A stretch of DNA of 17,841 nucleotides from Candidatus Rokuibacteriota bacterium (GCA_044866005.1 JBIOTN010000160.1:1-17841), one strand, 5' to 3'; positions 7,253 through 14,773 are shown, numbered from the stretch's first letter. A program made the numbers and translations. The notes: generated from the sequence alone by a model not told the origin.

Positions 7253-7792
7253 ATGGGTCGCCTCCACCTCCTCGAGGATCTCCCGGAGATCGTGCGGCGA
7301 CGCAAGCTGGTCCCCCCGGGCCAGGTCGTGGAGGTCTGGCAGGACCTGTACGCGCCGGGCGACGTCTGGGTGGGCGAGGAGACGAAGGCGCAGCTCGACG
7401 CGGTGGGGCCGCCCCTCGCGCCCAAGCGCTCGCTGCCGGACGAGGCGGTCCGGATCTACTACGGGCCGCGGCTGCGCGACCTCGGCTCCCTGCCCCGCGA
7501 GGAGTCCCTGCGGGCGCGCGTGGTCTCCGCCCACGGGATCGCCGTGGCCTGGATCACGCTGGACCAGTTCGGCGCGCGCGCGGGATACGAGCCGCGGGGA
7601 CCGGAGGACCCGGTGTTCTTCCTACGGCGGCCCGGCGGCGGCGCCGCCCACCTGTGGCGGCTCTTTCGGACGCGCGGCGAGGCCGTGGCGTACATGACGG
7701 AGTACTACGGGAAGGACCCCGAGGCGGAGGGCTGGGCCCGCGGCTTGCCGGTCGCGGACTATGCCGCCCTCCTCGCCCGGCCCGCCGACTGA
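7253..7792 (+). CDS. Hypothetical protein, 179 aa
   Basis: Fills the fdhD-fdhE gap on the opposite strand and stops 7 nt from the fdhE stop. Protein-like composition, rich in W/Y/F (VEVWQDLY, IYYGPRL, AWITLD, HLWRLF, YYGKDPEAEGWA). High GC3. Confidence 0.8.
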   Translation: MGRLHLLEDLPEIVRRRKLVPPGQVVEVWQDLYAPGDVWVGEETKAQLDAVGPPLAPKRSLPDEAVRIYYGPRLRDLGSLPREESLRARVVSAHGIAVAWITLDQFGARAGYEPRGPEDPVFFLRRPGGGAAHLWRLFRTRGEAVAYMTEYYGKDPEAEGWARGLPVADYAALLARPAD

Positions 7793-7799
7793 CGCGGCG

Positions 7800-8669
7800 T
7801 CACTCCGGGGCCGGCGGCCGGAGGTCGATCAACGTCGGGACGGCGCGCCAGTAGCCGGCCCGGCGCGCCACGACGTCCAGGTGCGGGGAGCCCCAGTCCT
7901 CGACCAGGGCCGAGCCGCCGTTCCAGCGCAACCGGCGGTCGAGCTCCTTCAGGTACCCGCGACAGCTCCGACACGCCACGATCGCGTACCCCTCCTCCTT
8001 CTCCTCCGCCTGGAGGCGCACGACGTCCCGCGCGTCGCGGCTGCCGCAGTAGCAGCACTGGAGGCGGACGAACCGGAAGCCGCCGCCGCAGACGTGACAG
8101 CTCAGCCGGCGCGGCCCCTCCTCCAGCACGTCGGAGAACCCGGGCGGCGCGCCGCAGAAGGGGCAGACGCCGAGGTCCCAGGGGGCGTCCGCGACGTGCG
8201 CCCGACACTCCCGGAAGAACGCCCCGAGCGCCGGCCGCAGGGCGGCGTAGGCGAGGAACCCGAGGCACTCGTGGGAGAGCCCCAGGCGCGCCTGGAGCGG
8301 CGCCGCGCCGAGCCGTCCGGCCTCGGGGAAGAGCTCCCGCGGCTCGACCTCGCGGCGGTCCCAGGCCTCCGCGAAACGCTGGATCGCGTCGAGGTCCTCC
8401 CCGGCGGCCGCGAGGAAGTCGAGCCCGGCGCCGACCACGGGTTCGAGCGCGACCGGGTCCAGGGCCGGCGCGGCCGAAGCCAGCAAGGGGATGCCGCGCC
8501 GCCACACCGCGTGGCACGCCGTGCGGTCCAGCGCCAGCGGGGCCACACGGTCCGCCGGCCAGGCGGCCCACGCGGCGAGCAGCGGCTCGTAGGCGGCCAG
8601 CGTGTCGCGGAAGGTCGCCCGCCGGGCCAGGAGCTCCGGCCACTCGTCCAGCAGCCCGCGCTCGCTCAC
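7800..8669 (-). CDS. fdhE: Formate dehydrogenase accessory protein FdhE, 289 aa
   Basis: Four CxxC-type motifs in the C-terminal half (CPFCG, CHVC, CCYCG, CRSCRGYLKELD), ending with the ..EDWGSPHLDVVA..GY pattern typical of FdhE. Lies downstream of the FDH operon. Confidence 0.9.
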   Translation of the reverse strand: MSERGLLDEWPELLARRATFRDTLAAYEPLLAAWAAWPADRVAPLALDRTACHAVWRRGIPLLASAAPALDPVALEPVVGAGLDFLAAAGEDLDAIQRFAEAWDRREVEPRELFPEAGRLGAAPLQARLGLSHECLGFLAYAALRPALGAFFRECRAHVADAPWDLGVCPFCGAPPGFSDVLEEGPRRLSCHVCGGGFRFVRLQCCYCGSRDARDVVRLQAEEKEEGYAIVACRSCRGYLKELDRRLRWNGGSALVEDWGSPHLDVVARRAGYWRAVPTLIDLRPPAPE

Positions 8670-8817
8670 GCCCGGCTACCTGGTCCCGCGCCGGGCCGAG
8701 GGCGGGGCCGCCCCAGGGCGCCGGGCCGCACCCGGCGCCGGCGTACGGGGTTGGACGTCGAGGAGGGGCGCGGGCCGAGGACGCCGGGAGGCCACGGCCG
8801 TCGGCACGGCGCTACCG

Positions 8818-8849
8818 AAGATACGAGGGGCCCCGCGAACGGGGCCCCT
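8818..8849 (-). terminator. Hairpin after nrfD: possible intrinsic terminator or mRNA-stabilising stem-loop
   Basis: Perfect 10-bp stem AGGGGCCCCG-TTCG-CGGGGCCCCT (8849-8826) 24 nt after the nrfD stop, followed only by a weak tail (CGTATCTT). Confidence 0.65.
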
Positions 8850-8873
8850 GGACGCGACGCGGCCGGTGGGCTC

Positions 8874-9821
8874 TCAGGAGACGACCTGGCCGGCGGCGAT
8901 GATGACGTACTTGACGATGAACCCTCCGATCAGCACGAGCACGGAGACGACGGCGGCCAGACCGGGGGTCGCCTTCCGAATGGCGCCGCCGAACTGGAGG
9001 ACCAGCGGGACCAGGATGCCGACGACCACCGCTCCGAGCCAGAACGTCACGCCGTACGGGCCCGCGACCAGGTGATTCAGCGCCCGCGCGATCCCCTCGG
9101 AGCCCGACCCGCGCACGGCGAGGACGAAGAGGATCAGGAAGGCCGCCTGCAGGATCAAGCTGAAGGCGGTGACGCGCATCAGGCGCGACAGCGCATCACG
9201 CGTCTGCGCGTTCGCGCCCGCCAGAAGGCTCAGCACCAGGGCGATGGCGGCGCCGCCCGTGGAGGCGCCGACGGCCAGGAAGAGCGCGCCCAGCCAGTGA
9301 CCGCTGATGAAGAGCGGCCGGGCCGTCGCGCCCAGCAGGACGCCCGGGTACGCGGCGATGAAGAACGCGAAGACGCTGCCGATGATCCCCGACCAGCGCC
9401 GGAGCCCTGCCATGCTGCGCCCCCCGCGGTCGACGAGGAAGACGTCGAGCGCGGCCAGGAAGGCGAAGAGGCTGAAGCCCATCAGCCCCCACACGCCCGC
9501 GCTCATCGGGGAGAAGGGCTTGAAGTGAAACGGCCCGAGCGTGATGGCGCGCATCCCGATCTCGGTGCTCGGCTTGGCGACCAGCAGCATGTGCAGGAAG
9601 CGGGTCGGGAGCCCCAGGTCCACCACGAGCAGGATGGGGGCCGGGATGATCGCGAGCAGGGCGACGTAGTAGCCGATCCGCACGACGTCCCGATAGCGCT
9701 GACCGTCCAGCAGGTTCGCGATCGTCGCGATGACGAACGCGCCGCCCGCGAGGCCGCCCAGGAAGAAGTAGACGTCGATGAGGACCGGCCAGTCCGCGCT
9801 CTTGAGGAGACCGGGTTCCAT
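8874..9821 (-). CDS. nrfD: NrfD/PsrC-family polytopic membrane anchor subunit, 315 aa
   Basis: W..LIDVYFFLGGLAGG, LVVDLGLPTRFLHML, SPMSAGVWGL and YPGVLL are NrfD-family hallmarks. About 8 hydrophobic segments. The ATG overlaps the upstream TGA (TGATG at 9823-9819). Confidence 0.9.
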   Translation of the reverse strand: MEPGLLKSADWPVLIDVYFFLGGLAGGAFVIATIANLLDGQRYRDVVRIGYYVALLAIIPAPILLVVDLGLPTRFLHMLLVAKPSTEIGMRAITLGPFHFKPFSPMSAGVWGLMGFSLFAFLAALDVFLVDRGGRSMAGLRRWSGIIGSVFAFFIAAYPGVLLGATARPLFISGHWLGALFLAVGASTGGAAIALVLSLLAGANAQTRDALSRLMRVTAFSLILQAAFLILFVLAVRGSGSEGIARALNHLVAGPYGVTFWLGAVVVGILVPLVLQFGGAIRKATPGLAAVVSVLVLIGGFIVKYVIIAAGQVVS

Positions 9822-10594
9822 CACGCGTCCCCCCTTCCGCCGCGGTCTCTGAACGCCACCACCGCCCCGAGGCCGACCAGGATGGCCGAGCCGATCGCGA
9901 ACAGGGAGTCGGTGAAGACGTTCCGCTGCGGGAGCTTGGGCTGTTCCGGCAGGCCGTAGATGGACGGCTTGCCCGTGAGCAGGAAGAAGGCGTTCAGGCC
10001 GCCCAGCGGACCGTTCTGGTCCTCGCCGTAGAGCTGGGCGTCCTTGTAGCCCATCTTCTTCAGCTCGTCCACGCGCTTCCGGGCCTTGGCCGCCAGCTCG
10101 TCGCGGAAGCCGAACTGGATGGACTGCGTGGGGCAGGCCTTGGCGCAGGCCGGCCCCAGGCCGTTGTGGATCCGATCGTTGCAGAACGTGCACTTGGTGG
10201 CGGTCCCCGTGTCGTGGTTGAACGCCACCACGCCGAAGGGACAGGCCGACACGCAGTAGCGGCAGCCGTTACAGATGTCCTGGTTGATGTTGACGGTCCC
10301 GTACTCGGTCCGGTAGATCGCGCCCGTCGGGCACGCCTCGAGGCAGCCCGCCTGGGCGCAGTGCTTGCAGACGTCGGACATGAGGTGCCAGTGGAGGTTG
10401 CCCTTCTCGTCCGTCTCCTCGAAGAAGCGGACGAGCCGATAGCTCTTGTCCGTGAAGTGCTGGTGGTTCTGGTAGCTGCCCGTCCACTCCGGCTCCTCCG
10501 CGGGCAAGCCGTTCCACTGCTTGCAGGCGACCTGACAGGCGCGGCAGCCGATGCAGAGCGAGACGTCCGTGAACATCGCGAGCGTGCGTGCCAT
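9821..10594 (-). CDS. fdnH: Formate dehydrogenase iron-sulfur (beta) subunit, four [4Fe-4S] clusters plus a C-terminal TM helix, 257 aa
   Basis: Cys motifs CIGCRACQVACKQWN, CKHCAQAGCLEACP, CNGCRYCVSACP and CTFCNDR..ACAKACP. C-terminal SLFAIGSAILVGLGAVVAF. ATG at 10594, 2 nt after the alpha-subunit stop. Confidence 0.93.
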   Translation of the reverse strand: MARTLAMFTDVSLCIGCRACQVACKQWNGLPAEEPEWTGSYQNHQHFTDKSYRLVRFFEETDEKGNLHWHLMSDVCKHCAQAGCLEACPTGAIYRTEYGTVNINQDICNGCRYCVSACPFGVVAFNHDTGTATKCTFCNDRIHNGLGPACAKACPTQSIQFGFRDELAAKARKRVDELKKMGYKDAQLYGEDQNGPLGGLNAFFLLTGKPSIYGLPEQPKLPQRNVFTDSLFAIGSAILVGLGAVVAFRDRGGRGDA

Positions 10595-10596
10595 GG

Positions 10597-13500
10597 CTAC
10601 GCCACCCCCTTCCGGACGTTGCAGAGGAGGGCTTTGGACTCCTGGATGTAGGTCGTGGGGTCTCCCAGGCTTGCCACGAGGTCGTTGGTGACGTCGCCCC
10701 GGGCCGACGCCATGACCCCCTGGTACCCCCAGTGCCACGGGATCCCCACCTGGTACACGGTCTTCCCGTTGATGATGAACGGCTTGATCCGCTCGGTCAC
10801 GAGCGCCCGAACCTTGATCTTCGCCCGCGGCGTCTCTACCGTGACCATGTCGCCGTTCTGGATCCCCAGCTTCTGCGCCATCTCCGGCCCGATCTCCGCG
10901 AAGTGGCCGAAGAAGAGCTCCGACAGCCACGGCACGTGACGCGACATGCCCGCGGCGTGGTGCTCGGTGAGCCGATACGTGGTCAGGATGTACGGGTACT
11001 GCTCGGGGGTGCCGAGCTTGTTGAGGTCTCCGATGTCGTACACTTTGGCCACGGGGTTGTTGTTCACCTTGGAGAGGAGGTTCTTGGTCGGCGACTCGAA
11101 CGGCTCGTAGTGCTCGGGGAACGGGCCGTCCAGGACCGAGGCGAAGAACTGCCCCAGGCCGTGCGGGTTCATGATGAACGCGTCCGTGCCGCTGATCCCC
11201 TTGAAGGGGCCGTCCTTGGCCCGCGGCGCGTCCGGGGCCATGGTCGGCGCGAAGTCCGGGACGTCGTTGCCCCCCCACTTCTTCTGGGCCGCGTCCCACC
11301 AGATGAGCTTCTTCTTGTCGCTCCACGGCTTGCCGGACGGGTCCGCCGAGGCGCGGTTGTAGAGGATCCGCCGGTTGGCCGGCCAGGCGAACCCCCAGCC
11401 GTGGCCGAGGTAGTCGCCCTCTTTCGGCTTCTCCCGGCGCAGGGCCAGGTTCTTGCCCTCCTCGGGATAGATGCCCGTGTAGATCCAGTTGCCGCAGGCG
11501 GTGCTCCCGTCGTCCCGCAGGTGGCCGAAGGTCTTGACCGGCTGGCCCTTCTTGTAGAGCTGCTCGCCCGGCTTGTCCTTGTCGGGGATGTCCTCGGTGG
11601 CGTAGCCGTTGCACTCCTTGAGGACCAGCTCCATCTTGGGCTCCTTCTTCGGCCCCTCGGGCTGGTAGTCCCACACGAGGTCGAGGACGGGCCGGTCCTT
11701 CCTGGCCTTGGAGTCCTTGTAGAGCGCCTGGAGGCGGCTCCCCAGGTCCACGATGAACGCGGCGTCGGAGCGCGCGTCGCCCGGCGGCTCCACCGCCCGG
11801 ACGTGCCACTGGGCCATCCGCATGGTGTTCGTGATGGAGCCGTCCTTCTCGGCGGCCGGGGCGCCGGGGACGAAGAAGACCTCGACCTGCGAGGACTTCG
11901 GGTCCACGCCCGGCTCCTTCCACACCGCGGCGGTGTCCGTCTCGAAGAGGTCCACCACGACGAGCCACTCCAGGTTACGCAGGGCCTGGCGCGCCATCTT
12001 GGCGTTGGGGCTGTCCACCGCGGGGTTCTGCCCCATCACGATGAACCCCTTCACCTGCTTCTTCAGCATCCCCACCAGGAAGTGCTGGTGCGAGTAGGCG
12101 TCCGCCTTCTCGCGCTTCGGCAGGTAGTCGTAGGCGTAGCCGTTCTCCTTCGTCGCCGCCGGCCCCCACCAGGCCTTGAGCAGGCTCACCACGAACTTCG
12201 GGTTGTTGACCCAGTAGCCGCCCTTGGGCGTCGTCTTCTCCAGGTAGTCGGTCAGGCTGGGATGGGCTGCCTGGAGCGGCTCGGCCGGGTACCCGGGGAG
12301 CATGTGGTAGAGCGTGCCGAAGTCCGTCGCGCCCTGCACGTTGGAGTGGCCCCGCAGTGCCACCACGCCGCCGCCGGGCCGACCGATGTTCCCCAGGATC
12401 AGCTGCAGCATGCACAGCGCGCGGATCTGCTGCACGCCGTTCGTCGACTGGTTGAGCTGCAGCGCGTACGAGGCGGTCGCCGTCTTGTCCGGGCCCGAGG
12501 CCGAGCAGTACGTGTCGGCGACCTTGAGGAAGAGCTCCTTGGGGATGCCGCACACCTTCTCCACCATCTCCGGCGTGTAGCGGGAGTAGTGCCGGCGCAG
12601 GTGCTGGAAGACGCAGTTCGGATCCTTCAGCGTCTTGTCCTGCTTGGGGTAGCCGTCCGCGTCGAGCTGGAACTTCCAGGTGGACTGGTCGTAGCTGCGC
12701 TTGCCGACGTCGAATCCGCTGAAGAGCCCGTCGAGCTCCGTGGCGTCCTTGAAGCCCGGGTCCAGCAGGAGCGAGGCGTTGGTGTAGGCGACGACGTAGT
12801 CGTGGAAGTACTTGCGGCTCTCGATCGCGTAGCGGATCAAGCCGCCGAAGAACACGATGTTCGTGCCGGACCGGATGGGGACCCAGATGTCCGCCGTCGC
12901 GGAGGTCCGGGTGAACCGCGGGTCCACGTGGATGATCTTGGCCCCGCGCTCCTTGGCCTTCATGACCCACTTGTAGCTCACGGGGTGACACTCGGCCCAG
13001 TTGGAAGTCGGCATGATCACGTCGGCGTACTGCACGTCGATCAGGTTGGTCGTCATGGCGCCCCGGCCGAACGTCGCGCCCAGGGCCGGCACGGTCGCCG
13101 AATGGCAGAGCCGCGCGGAGTTTTCCAGGTTGACGAGCCCGAGTCCCCGCGACAGCTTCGCGATGAGGTAGTTCTCCTCGTTGTCGAGGACGGAGGAGCC
13201 GAGCCAGGCAATGCCCTCGCAGCGATTGACCGTCACCGTCTGAGCCGCCGGCGGAGTCGGCTTGATGGCGGCGGGATACGGCGAGTCGCCCGTGCCCGGC
13301 TTCGCCGCCGCCCCCTGCTTGATCTGGGGCTGGCCCGGCGGGCTCACGCTGACCGTCTCGACGAAGGTCTCGTCGCGGCTCTTCTTCACCCGCTTGGCGA
13401 TCTCGGTCATCATCCACTCGAGCGGCTTCTCTTCCCACTGATCGCTGCCCGGCGCCCGATAGAGGCACTTGGTCAGCCGGCGCTCGTTCAGCGAGAGCTG

Positions 13501-13776
13501 GTAGGTCGAGGAGCCCTTCGGACAGAGCGCGCCTTCGGTGTGGGGCGCGTCGGGGTCTCCCTCGATGTCGATGATCTTCCCGTCCTTGACGTAGATGAGC
13601 TGCGCGCACCCCACCGCGCAGTAGGGACACACGCCGGGGAAGACCTTCGCTTCCTGGATCCTGATCGACGTGGCCGCCGCCTCGACCGGCGACAGATCGA
13701 TTCCCCGGGCGCCGACTGCGACGCCGCCGGCGCTCGTGCCGGCGAGCTTGAGGAAGTCTCGTCGGGACAGACTCAT
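10597..13776 (-). CDS. fdnG: Tat-exported formate dehydrogenase alpha subunit (Mo/W-bis-PGD, Cys-type), 1059 aa
   Basis: Tat signal SRRDFLK. FS0 motif CPYCAVGC..LCPKG. Active-site ARLCHS. FGRGAMT, ALRGHSNVQGATD, WPANRRILYNRASAD, GPFPEHYEP and TTYRLTEH. GAGGAG RBS at about 13784-13789. Confidence 0.95.
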   Translation of the reverse strand: MSLSRRDFLKLAGTSAGGVAVGARGIDLSPVEAAATSIRIQEAKVFPGVCPYCAVGCAQLIYVKDGKIIDIEGDPDAPHTEGALCPKGSSTYQLSLNERRLTKCLYRAPGSDQWEEKPLEWMMTEIAKRVKKSRDETFVETVSVSPPGQPQIKQGAAAKPGTGDSPYPAAIKPTPPAAQTVTVNRCEGIAWLGSSVLDNEENYLIAKLSRGLGLVNLENSARLCHSATVPALGATFGRGAMTTNLIDVQYADVIMPTSNWAECHPVSYKWVMKAKERGAKIIHVDPRFTRTSATADIWVPIRSGTNIVFFGGLIRYAIESRKYFHDYVVAYTNASLLLDPGFKDATELDGLFSGFDVGKRSYDQSTWKFQLDADGYPKQDKTLKDPNCVFQHLRRHYSRYTPEMVEKVCGIPKELFLKVADTYCSASGPDKTATASYALQLNQSTNGVQQIRALCMLQLILGNIGRPGGGVVALRGHSNVQGATDFGTLYHMLPGYPAEPLQAAHPSLTDYLEKTTPKGGYWVNNPKFVVSLLKAWWGPAATKENGYAYDYLPKREKADAYSHQHFLVGMLKKQVKGFIVMGQNPAVDSPNAKMARQALRNLEWLVVVDLFETDTAAVWKEPGVDPKSSQVEVFFVPGAPAAEKDGSITNTMRMAQWHVRAVEPPGDARSDAAFIVDLGSRLQALYKDSKARKDRPVLDLVWDYQPEGPKKEPKMELVLKECNGYATEDIPDKDKPGEQLYKKGQPVKTFGHLRDDGSTACGNWIYTGIYPEEGKNLALRREKPKEGDYLGHGWGFAWPANRRILYNRASADPSGKPWSDKKKLIWWDAAQKKWGGNDVPDFAPTMAPDAPRAKDGPFKGISGTDAFIMNPHGLGQFFASVLDGPFPEHYEPFESPTKNLLSKVNNNPVAKVYDIGDLNKLGTPEQYPYILTTYRLTEHHAAGMSRHVPWLSELFFGHFAEIGPEMAQKLGIQNGDMVTVETPRAKIKVRALVTERIKPFIINGKTVYQVGIPWHWGYQGVMASARGDVTNDLVASLGDPTTYIQESKALLCNVRKGVA

Positions 13777-13897
13777 GGCGACACTCCTCTGGGGTGACCG
13801 GGTTCGACTACGTGGCAGGGAAGGGGCTCGCAGGAGCGGGGAGACGGCCCACGCACGTCCCGCCGCGCCGGGGACCTGCGCTCGGCGCCTTCCGGCG

Positions 13898-14176
13898 CTA
13901 GAGCTCGGGGCTGGCCCACTCTTCCCAGGCGCGTCGGAGGACGACGATCCGCTCCGCGCGGCCGGCCGCTGATTCCACTTTCACGATGTCGCCGGGATTG
14001 AGCACGCCGAGGTCGGCGACTGCCCCCTCGTCCGTGACGACGAGGGTCTGCTCGCGGCAGGAGAGCTCCGTACACGCGTCGCCCGCGCCCTGGACGCGCA
14101 GGCGGCCCTGGTCCTTGTCGACCTGGACCACCATGAGCCGGCTCTGCTGGAGCCAGTCGGTCAGGCTTTGCGTCAT
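13898..14176 (-). CDS. Small hypothetical beta-rich protein, 92 aa, first gene of the FDH transcription unit
   Basis: ATG 14176 with GGAGG at 14184-14188. Alternating beta-strand pattern (LMVVQVD, RLRV, LNPGDIVKVE, RIVVL), a C-x4-C and C-terminal RRAWEEWASPEL. Confidence 0.8.
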   Translation of the reverse strand: MTQSLTDWLQQSRLMVVQVDKDQGRLRVQGAGDACTELSCREQTLVVTDEGAVADLGVLNPGDIVKVESAAGRAERIVVLRRAWEEWASPEL

Positions 14177-14241
14177 GCCGACACCTCCCGAGTACGCGGC
14201 GTAGACGGCTCTTTGGGACCTGTTGCCCCTAGGTGGCAGCA

Positions 14242-14271
14242 ATCGTAGGGTGGTCCGACCACCGCTGTCAA
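14242..14271 (-). promoter_or_regulatory. Sigma70 promoter of the small ORF-fdnG-fdnH-nrfD unit
   Basis: Minus strand TTGACA (14271-14266), 18 nt, TACGAT (14247-14242). Confidence 0.75.
14249..14263. promoter_or_regulatory. Perfect palindromic operator, FadR-subfamily GntR type
   Basis: GGTGGTC-C-GACCACC lies inside the -35/-10 spacer. Its core is TGGT-N3-ACCA. Confidence 0.7.
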
Positions 14272-14378
14272 GACCTGTCTCCGGTCCCGTCTCCCCCGGG
14301 GCTCCATGGCCGGGTCCCGGCGGGGCCCCCCGGGTCAGGGTCGACGACTCGGGCTCGCGCCTCCCGGGCCCGCCGTCC

Positions 14379-14702
14379 TCACGACCGCGCGCGCTGGCCC
14401 GGCGGGCGGCGGTAGCGGGTCAGGGAGTCGTCGAGCAGCTGTCGGGCCTCGGCTTCCCGGCCCGCCTCCAGGCATTCGAGCACCCGACGCTGGGTTGCCG
14501 GCGCCAGGATGGGGCCGTTCGTGACCGGATCGTACAGCCGGGTCAGCTCGAACAGAATCCGTTTGACGCGCGGCGGGTCGGCGAGGCTCGCGAGGGCCTC
14601 CTGAAAGAGGTCCAGCGCAGGATCGTCCCGCTTACGGAGCTTGCCCCGCCGGAAGACCAGGTCTTCCTCGGGCGGCGGGGCGGGGGCGGGTTCGTCAGGC
14701 AC
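14379..14702 (-). CDS. Hypothetical helical protein, 107 aa from GTG 14702; the true start may be ATG 14760 across a 1-nt frameshift
   Basis: Protein-like core (DLFQEALASLADPPRVKRILFELTRLYDPVTNGPIL) directly downstream of a near-consensus promoter. Confidence 0.7.
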   Translation of the reverse strand: MPDEPAPAPPPEEDLVFRRGKLRKRDDPALDLFQEALASLADPPRVKRILFELTRLYDPVTNGPILAPATQRRVLECLEAGREAEARQLLDDSLTRYRRPPGQRARS

Positions 14703-14773
14703 GGCGGCGGGCGGCGGGGTCTGGTCTCCACCGCCCCTCGAGCGGGCTCGGAGGCGTCATCGGACTGGCCGCG

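Noticed and set aside
8676..8807. 43-codon minus-strand ORF (VPTAVASRRPRPAPLLD...) between nrfD and fdhE
   Set aside because: Low-complexity, no SD and no motif. It cannot be distinguished from chance in GC-rich DNA.
10595..11968. Long N-terminal extensions in the ORF track for fdnH, hemB, nrfD, truA, the lipoprotein and the 7253 gene
   Set aside because: They are alternative-frame read-through within neighbouring genes, with Arg/Gly/Pro-rich junk composition. Internal starts are supported by RBS, stop-start overlap or promoter position.
13105..13107. Selenocysteine recoding in fdnG
   Set aside because: The codon is TGC and the ORF is uninterrupted.
13237..13356. Intein or mobile insertion in fdnG
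   Set aside because: Too short, with no Cys/Ser N-terminus plus His-Asn C-terminus and no terminal repeats.
10588..13797. 1069-aa plus-strand ORF antisense to fdnG, and similar long ORFs at 16-1404, 1095-2681, 2557-3906, 7761-9959, 14793-15608 and 15605-16714
   Set aside because: These are shadow ORFs mirroring real minus-strand genes, as expected with very high GC3. They carry no recognisable motifs.
14280..14378. GC-rich short inverted repeats upstream of the FDH promoter (e.g. GCCGGG-T-CCCGGC)
   Set aside because: Expected by chance at this GC content. There is no U-tract and no recurrence elsewhere in the window.
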